Below are positions 58,999-64,000 of a stretch of DNA of 64,000 nucleotides, in pieces (position 1 is the first letter of the stretch; each line of letters opens with the position of its first letter). The stretch is from Roseibacillus sp. Lineage in GTDB: Bacteria; Verrucomicrobiota; Verrucomicrobiia; Verrucomicrobiales; Akkermansiaceae. Where the stretch lies: NCBI GenBank assembly GCA_051251855.1, contig JBPOGI010000001.1, forward strand, positions 640,001 to 704,000, given 5' to 3'. The notes beneath the pieces were generated by a model. It made no database searches and was not told the origin of the DNA. It saw only the letters and a list, made by a program, of their open reading frames with translations. A program made the position numbers and the translations under genes.

Positions 58999-59451
58999 AT
59001 GAAATTGGCTCAGCTTCTCACCGAGCAGCGGATTTTCTTAGATCTGAATGCTAAGAACTGCAGGGAATTAATGGAAGAGTTGGTCAGTCATTTTACGGAG
59101 CAAGGTTTGCTTCAAAATGGGATGCGCGAACAAGCTGTGGCTGCTTTGAAATGTCGCGAAGACGAGATTAGTACCGGTGTGGGTTGTGGAGTTGCGATTC
59201 CACATGCGTATCTCGAAGATTTGACGGAGGCGGTGGCCATCTTTGGGCGGTCTGAGGCGGGAATTGAATTTGATTCCTGTGACCATGCGCCGGTTCATTT
59301 CGTGGTGATGATGCTCATTCCAGAGTCCAAGCGAGGGCAGCACCTTTTGACCTTGGCCGATATTGGTAAGCGTTTTCTCAGCTGTGAGGTGCGACAGTCA
59401 CTTGCTGCCGCGCCAGACAAGGAGACAGTGCTGGAGATTCTTACACGGTAG
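58999..59451 (+). CDS. PTS EIIA (fructose/mannitol/Ntr-type) domain protein
   Basis: RE..ISTGVG.GVAIPHA phospho-His motif. Confidence 0.9.
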   Translation: MKLAQLLTEQRIFLDLNAKNCRELMEELVSHFTEQGLLQNGMREQAVAALKCREDEISTGVGCGVAIPHAYLEDLTEAVAIFGRSEAGIEFDSCDHAPVHFVVMMLIPESKRGQHLLTLADIGKRFLSCEVRQSLAAAPDKETVLEILTR

Positions 59452-59462
59452 TTTTCTCTCAG

Positions 59463-59660
59463 TCAGCGTTTTGCTATTTTTTCCAGCAGCTCGAGAATTT
59501 TTCCCATCCAGCCGACGATGATGGTACATCCTGTAAGTTGGAGGCTTCTCGTAAGCTCCTCATCAAACAAGGCGTAGATTGCCCAAGCCCCGAGAAGGAG
59601 GGCTAAAGTATACAAGGCTGAGACGAAATAGCTGACATTTCGGTTGTTGCTTACTGACAC
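59463..59660 (-). CDS. Small hypothetical 2-TM protein
   Basis: 65-aa hydrophobic ORF filling the gap. Confidence 0.5.
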   Translation of the reverse strand: MSVSNNRNVSYFVSALYTLALLLGAWAIYALFDEELTRSLQLTGCTIIVGWMGKILELLEKIAKR

Positions 59661-59734
59661 CCTTGAAGATTAGGAGAAGTGGAGAAGAATACAATTTTAC
59701 TTGTCGCTTTACTGAATTCGGATGGGAATAGGCC

Positions 59735-60412
59735 ATGGCGACTGCTGGAGATCTTGACTATAATCGTGCCTTGGATGCCTTGGAGGCAGGGGACTTAAAC
59801 GGAGCTCTTGTAGCAGTGGAATCGGCTTTGATGTTTGACTCCAAGGATGGCGGTTATTGGCAACTTTACTCGGTTCTCTTGGCACAGGCGGGGAGAAGTG
59901 ACGATGCGGCAAAGGCAAAAGTGAAGGCGGAAGAATTTGGTTTGGATGAGGTGGATTCTCTTTTGATGAAGGCAGCCGAAGCAGCGGCTTCTCAGAGTTG
60001 GAATAAGGCGGTGACTGCATGCGAAAAGGCGCTCGAGATGGCACCTGAACGAGGTGAAGTTTGGGCAAGCTACGCAGCCAACCTCATGGAGGGAGGCTAT
60101 CAGAAGGATGCTTTGGAGGCCTCGGAGAAGGCTGCTACACTGGTCGCTGATGAGCCTCAGGTCTGGTATTTACGAGGCCGTGTTCTTCGTCTTAATGAAA
60201 AGCTAGAGGAAGCTGTTCCCGCCTACCTGAAAGCGGTGGAATTGGATTCGGGCTTTGCGTTGGCGTGGTATGAAAAGGGGATGGTGCATCACCAAATGGA
60301 GGATTTTGAGGCGGCAAAGGAATGTTTTTTGAAAGCCAAGGAGCTGAAGCTTGATGACCCTGGGGTTGAGGAGGCATTGCGTATTGTTTCCGAATCTAAA
60401 AAGGAAAAGTGA
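59735..60412 (+). CDS. Tetratricopeptide repeat protein
   Basis: About six TPR-like units (W...G..........A...Y.KA.EL). Confidence 0.88.
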   Translation: MATAGDLDYNRALDALEAGDLNGALVAVESALMFDSKDGGYWQLYSVLLAQAGRSDDAAKAKVKAEEFGLDEVDSLLMKAAEAAASQSWNKAVTACEKALEMAPERGEVWASYAANLMEGGYQKDALEASEKAATLVADEPQVWYLRGRVLRLNEKLEEAVPAYLKAVELDSGFALAWYEKGMVHHQMEDFEAAKECFLKAKELKLDDPGVEEALRIVSESKKEK

Positions 60413-60477
60413 CCTAAAAGGGGAGGGATTTGGAACGAGCTTTCGAGGTAGAGTTTCTGTGGTTTTGCTGTTTTACC

Positions 60478-61002
60478 TTATCCGATTTTGGATAGGGCCT
60501 TTCGAAAGCTCTCTGAGGAAATATCGTCAGGATACCTTCGAATGCACTCGTGCAGGAAGTCCATCAGAGCCTCAATTTCTTCATCCGAGAAGCTTGAAAC
60601 CTTAGCATGTGCTCCCCGTCTCGAGAGCCCAGAAGCAATGTAATCAGCGATGATGTCGGCCTCTTGAGGATTGCTCAGTTCAGCAATCATGAACGTCGGT
60701 AGCCAATAGCGATAGGCCTTTAGCGTGAAGAACGAAAGTGCATCCGCATAGCAGCGAAGTTCCGCTGCAGTGTGCGCGAAGCGTTCCCTACCAGTGAAGT
60801 GTTCGAATATTCCTTCGTCTTGTTCGCTTGCGGAAATATCTTCAAAGGTGCTCCCAGGAAATGGAGTGTGGGCAAATGCATCTTTGATTTTTTTGGTGAG
60901 ATTCTCTTCGATACTCCGAGAGGCCTCGGCTTCCTCGACCACGGAAGGATCATACCCGCGCTCGCGCATCTGATAAGCGTGGTCTTCCCGAGGTTGATTC
61001 AT
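60478..61002 (-). CDS. Hypothetical protein, DUF6714-like (putative cassette 4)
   Basis: I..AF...PFPG and ALSFFT.KAYRYWLP.FM motifs. Confidence 0.65.
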   Translation of the reverse strand: MNQPREDHAYQMRERGYDPSVVEEAEASRSIEENLTKKIKDAFAHTPFPGSTFEDISASEQDEGIFEHFTGRERFAHTAAELRCYADALSFFTLKAYRYWLPTFMIAELSNPQEADIIADYIASGLSRRGAHAKVSSFSDEEIEALMDFLHECIRRYPDDISSESFRKALSKIG

Positions 61003-61007
61003 ATTTT

Positions 61008-61126
61008 GGCAGCTGGTTTCAGCGTTCCCGCCTAGAGAGTTTTCGGGCCTTCTACTGCTTCTACCACGCTCTCTACTCCAGTCAACGTCTGACCCGCTAG
61101 TGAGGTCTTACTGTGATACGTTCCAA
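61008..61126 (-). mobile_element. Highly degenerate attC relic
   Basis: CTACTCCAGTCAA-CGTCTGACCCGCTAGTGAGGTC aligns with CTGCTCCAGTCAAGCATCCGACTCGTCAGCGCGGTC of the 62285 site; R boxes lost. Confidence 0.5.
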
Positions 61127-61741
61127 TTATTCGTTCTCCTCGAAGAAGTAGGCGGCTTCCCAACTGGTAGTATCTTCATCTCGCTCAATATCTAATTCTG
61201 GATGAAGCTTTTTTGCCTCGTCTAAGCTGACGATAAACATTCTAAAATTTAGGACGAGATCCTCACTCATGGTCTTGGATTTCTTGGTGTAGACGACCTC
61301 TCCAGTGGCCTCGGTGGTTGAGCTTTTCCACGATGATCTTACAAATGCATAATCGTCGATATCATAGTTGTAGCCTCCAGCCCACAACCTCCAACTCCGA
61401 CGGAAAAGGTTCTCAGAGGTTTGGTTCTCAGGCTCCGGAAAATCAACGTAGAAGCTTCGATCCGCAATGAGCACATCCTTGTGAACCTCGTCTCCATTCG
61501 CCCACATAATCTGGTCGTAGGTTCGATTCCGAAAAGGTTTGATAGTCGAGCTGTTTTCAGTGCGGAAAATCGCAACCTGATTTTGATTCGGACGAGCCGT
61601 AAACCTCTGCTTCTGGATGTTAAGGTCCTCAGGTGCTAAAGTTTTATGCTTAGCGACAGAGACGACCTCGTTGCTAGGCTCTGGAGATTGCTTCTCACAG
61701 GAGGAGACGATGAAGCAAAGAAGTAGAAGTTCGATTCGCAT
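61127..61741 (-). CDS. Hypothetical lipoprotein (cassette 3)
   Basis: MRIELLLLCFIVSS-C lipobox-like signal; ATG 9 nt after the attC R' box. Confidence 0.7.
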   Translation of the reverse strand: MRIELLLLCFIVSSCEKQSPEPSNEVVSVAKHKTLAPEDLNIQKQRFTARPNQNQVAIFRTENSSTIKPFRNRTYDQIMWANGDEVHKDVLIADRSFYVDFPEPENQTSENLFRRSWRLWAGGYNYDIDDYAFVRSSWKSSTTEATGEVVYTKKSKTMSEDLVLNFRMFIVSLDEAKKLHPELDIERDEDTTSWEAAYFFEENE

Positions 61742-61750
61742 GTCTTTATT

Positions 61751-61877
61751 ACCGAATGTTTCAGCACAGCCAATCAGACCATCTCACGCACTTTCAGTAT
61801 TTTTATCACGCGCCTTCCTGTCGTCAATCTCGAACCCGTCAGCGCGGTTGGAATTATGGTTCTGCGTCTGGTTAGAT
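61751..61877 (-). mobile_element. attC site (127 bp), partly degenerate
   Basis: Minus strand ATCTAAC-CAGAC-GCAGAACC ... GCTGTGC-TGAAAC-ATTCGGT (R' GTT changed to ATT); homologous to the 62285 site. Confidence 0.75.
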
Positions 61878-62279
61878 CTAGTTTGATTCTGGATAGTCGA
61901 TTAAATGAATTTTCAGCGGCTTCATCGAGATGTAATTGTCTAAAAAATACCATCCGCCATCTGGCCCCTCTCGGTAAATTTGCTGAGCAATACGAAATTG
62001 TCCGGGAGTATGACGCTCCTCAGGAAAATAGACAAACCCTCGATCTTTTGATGGACTTGCGACGAATGGGCCAATTAGAGGATCTTCTTTCGAAGATGAT
62101 TTGATGAAAATTTCCCCGTTTATCCACACCGCCTTGACATCAGAATTCTGTGCATCCGTTTTTTTGGAAGTGATTGGGTTCGAGTCCGAAGTCTCATTCG
62201 GTAATTGTTGCTGTTCGCAACCAAGAGGAAGCAACAAAATGGAGCCGAGTAAAGATAGCGCGCATCGAATAATCCTCAT
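61878..62279 (-). CDS. Hypothetical lipoprotein (cassette 2)
   Basis: MRIIRCALSLLGSILLLPLG-C lipobox-like signal; start 5 nt after R', stop abuts the next attC. Confidence 0.7.
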   Translation of the reverse strand: MRIIRCALSLLGSILLLPLGCEQQQLPNETSDSNPITSKKTDAQNSDVKAVWINGEIFIKSSSKEDPLIGPFVASPSKDRGFVYFPEERHTPGQFRIAQQIYREGPDGGWYFLDNYISMKPLKIHLIDYPESN

Positions 62280-62284
62280 CTTCA

Positions 62285-62413
62285 GCCGAACGTTTAAGCA
62301 CACCCGATCCGACCGATTCAGCACGCTTTCCTAAGTTCTTTAGATTTTCCTGCTCCAGTCAAGCATCCGACTCGTCAGCGCGGTCGGATTTATGGTGTTG
62401 CGTTTTGTTAGGA
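62285..62413 (-). mobile_element. attC site (129 bp), apparently intact
   Basis: Minus strand R'' TCCTAAC, 5-bp spacer, L'' GCAACACC, ATCCGACCG...CGGTCGGAT stem, L' GGTGTGC (one extrahelical base), TTAAAC, R' GTTCGGC. Confidence 0.85.
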
Positions 62414-62414
62414 A

Positions 62415-62906
62415 CTAGTTTTCCCACTCGTTCTTCATGAACCCCTCGTTCTCGACCTCTCCAGCAGGAAGATTGTTACAGAGAAAGAGTAACTTCATCA
62501 TCGGACGGTCCGTAGTTCCTGTAACTCTAAACTCAATTTTACGATTTTGGTTAAGATGCTTCCCGTTGCTAATCCATTTCCTTATCTCAGGAAGCTCATC
62601 CAACTCGGCTGCGATCTTTTTAACGACGGATCGGTCGACACTGTCATACCAATATATTGTGTCAGCCGTCAGAACCTCAAACTCCGAACCTAGGGTGCTA
62701 TACCCTCCAGAAGCGCTAGATTCTCGGTCTGGCCCATCGGGAAAAGCAATGGTTAGTTTCTCATTCGCCAATGCTAAGGCCAGTTGTTGCATCGTGGCGG
62801 CGCTTTCTTCTGCAATTCGACGCTCTAAACGCTTTGAGCTTTTCAATGATGCCCACCCGAGAACTAGACAGATGAGAGGAAGCAGAATTAAAGCCGTGAT
62901 TTTCAT
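62415..62906 (-). CDS. Hypothetical exported/membrane-anchored protein (cassette 1)
   Basis: N-terminal hydrophobic segment; stop 1 nt before the attC R'' box. Confidence 0.7.
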   Translation of the reverse strand: MKITALILLPLICLVLGWASLKSSKRLERRIAEESAATMQQLALALANEKLTIAFPDGPDRESSASGGYSTLGSEFEVLTADTIYWYDSVDRSVVKKIAAELDELPEIRKWISNGKHLNQNRKIEFRVTGTTDRPMMKLLFLCNNLPAGEVENEGFMKNEWEN

Positions 62907-62942
62907 ATCCTCATATCTAAAGCGAACTTGGCATCAGTGAGT

Positions 62943-63030
62943 TTTCAGTCGAACAAGTTATTAAACAGATTCCTCCTCCTATTAAGGGATTCATCACGAA
63001 AAAATTGGGTGAGTTAGGGGGAGAAGTCAA
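62943..63030 (-). promoter_or_regulatory. Candidate attI/attG-like junction and Pc-like promoter
   Basis: G|TTCGACTGAA at 62954 matches G|TTCGGCTGAA, which starts cassette 2; upstream TTGACT-N17-CAATTT. Confidence 0.4.
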
Positions 63031-63276
63031 GATGCGCTCTGGGTTTGGTGGACTGTAGAGGCAGTTTTGGCTGATTTTCTCGATAATGTTGCGAGTGGAA
63101 GTCGTCTTTTTGAGGCTGTGCAAGCCCTGAGCGTGAGATGAGTCGACTCCTTGGCTCCTCGATGCATGCAAGATAAAGCATCAATTCTTAGGCGGATCTA
63201 GGCGAGTAAATGGTCCTTATTCAGGGGTGGGCTTTTTATTTTGCAAATGTTAATCAATTCCGGCATTGTTCTGGAG

Positions 63277-63654
63277 ATGGCTGCTCGAAGAAAGACTACC
63301 CGCCGCAAACCTACTGGTGCGGCTGCTCGAAAGCGTAAGCCGAGCCGTCAGGTCATGGAGGCGCGGACTCAGAGTATTGCGATTTTGAATCGAGGGGCCT
63401 TCGGACTTTTGATGATTTTGATTTGTGTCGCGGTCGGGGTCACCGTTTTTCCCCAGTGGGAAGAATTGAAACGGCTGGAAGTAGAGCTCGATGAGACTAT
63501 TCAGGAAGAGGAATCCGCTCTTGCGATGGCTGACCAGAGGAGTCGCGAGTTGAGTGCGCTGCGCAACGATAGCGAGTATCAAGGCCTACGTGGTCGCGAC
63601 CTCTTGGATCTGTATGTTCCAGGAGAGACCATTATTCGTATTCGTCGCGATTGA
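63277..63654 (+). CDS. FtsB/DivIC-like septum formation initiator
   Basis: Basic N-terminus, single TM, coiled coil, L..D..Y....R..L....PGE motif. Confidence 0.75.
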   Translation: MAARRKTTRRKPTGAAARKRKPSRQVMEARTQSIAILNRGAFGLLMILICVAVGVTVFPQWEELKRLEVELDETIQEEESALAMADQRSRELSALRNDSEYQGLRGRDLLDLYVPGETIIRIRRD

Positions 63655-64000
63655 TTAGCGTTTGCTTGCTCTCCGCAGGAGATGAGTGCCTATGGTGAGG
63701 CAGAGGATGTTAGGGAGCCACATCATGGTGGAGCAAAGGAGCGGCTGGTCCTCGAAGTTCTCGGCAGTCAGAAGGAGGACAAAGTAGATGAGGGCTACGA
63801 TGAGGGCCGTGACAAGACCGGAAACGGTTTCGCGACGCCGAGAAGTGATTCCCAAAGGTATACCGATGAAGGCAAAGGAAAAGCAGGCGAGACAAAGAGC
63901 ATGTCGCTTCTGAAGTTCGGTGAGAATGCCATTTCTCTTGGATTGGGATAATGGTTGGCCCAGTTGCTTGAAGAGTTTGAAGTTGGTTCGGTAACTGGGC
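63655..64000 (-). CDS. LptF/LptG family permease, C-terminal part (truncated by window edge)
   Basis: Frame open to the edge: ELQKRHALCLACFSFAFIGIPLGITSRRRE...MWLPNIL. Confidence 0.88.
   Translation of the reverse strand, partial: PSYRTNFKLFKQLGQPLSQSKRNGILTELQKRHALCLACFSFAFIGIPLGITSRRRETVSGLVTALIVALIYFVLLLTAENFEDQPLLCSTMMWLPNILCLTIGTHLLRRASKR

Noticed and set aside
61751..62413. CRISPR array or plain terminators as the explanation for the intergenic repeats
   Set aside because: The units are about 128 bp, separated by whole genes, lack U-tracts and show attC box spacing.
62940..62966. dif (XerCD) site
   Set aside because: AGTTATTAAAC only loosely resembles the XerD arm TTATGTTAAAT, and there is no properly spaced XerC arm.

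Overview
Bacterial chromosomal segment, about 55-58% GC by eye. The gene content (PEP-CTERM protein, TIGR04073-like exosortase-associated protein, SHD1 and DUF1080 proteins, DPxxA helical-repeat protein, giant secreted protein) points to Verrucomicrobiota; this is an inference. Most of the window is housekeeping: priA, purB, htpG, photolyase, rpoA-rplQ, serB, bioB, frameshifted prfB, cobB, recO-ogt, gcvT-gcvH, serA, bamA, an ftsB-like gene and a partial lptF/G. The most notable unannotated structure is an integrase-less integron cassette array at about 60.5-63.0 kb. It has four minus-strand ORFans separated by 127-129 bp attC-like hairpins that decay with distance from a candidate attI/Pc leader. 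Other notable items are a 268-bp MITE with a TAA target duplication, dispersed GTAG/GTGG REP hairpins, a probable 6S RNA, a 2971-aa glycine-rich surface protein, a NucA-type nuclease fused to two lamin-tail domains and coupled to a helical-repeat protein, a membrane pseudokinase with OB-like domains, and rpoA-rplQ detached from the alpha operon with a candidate structured leader and a palindromic operator. No tRNA, rRNA, CRISPR array, transposase or integrase was seen. All calls rest on motif recognition by eye; no database search was run.
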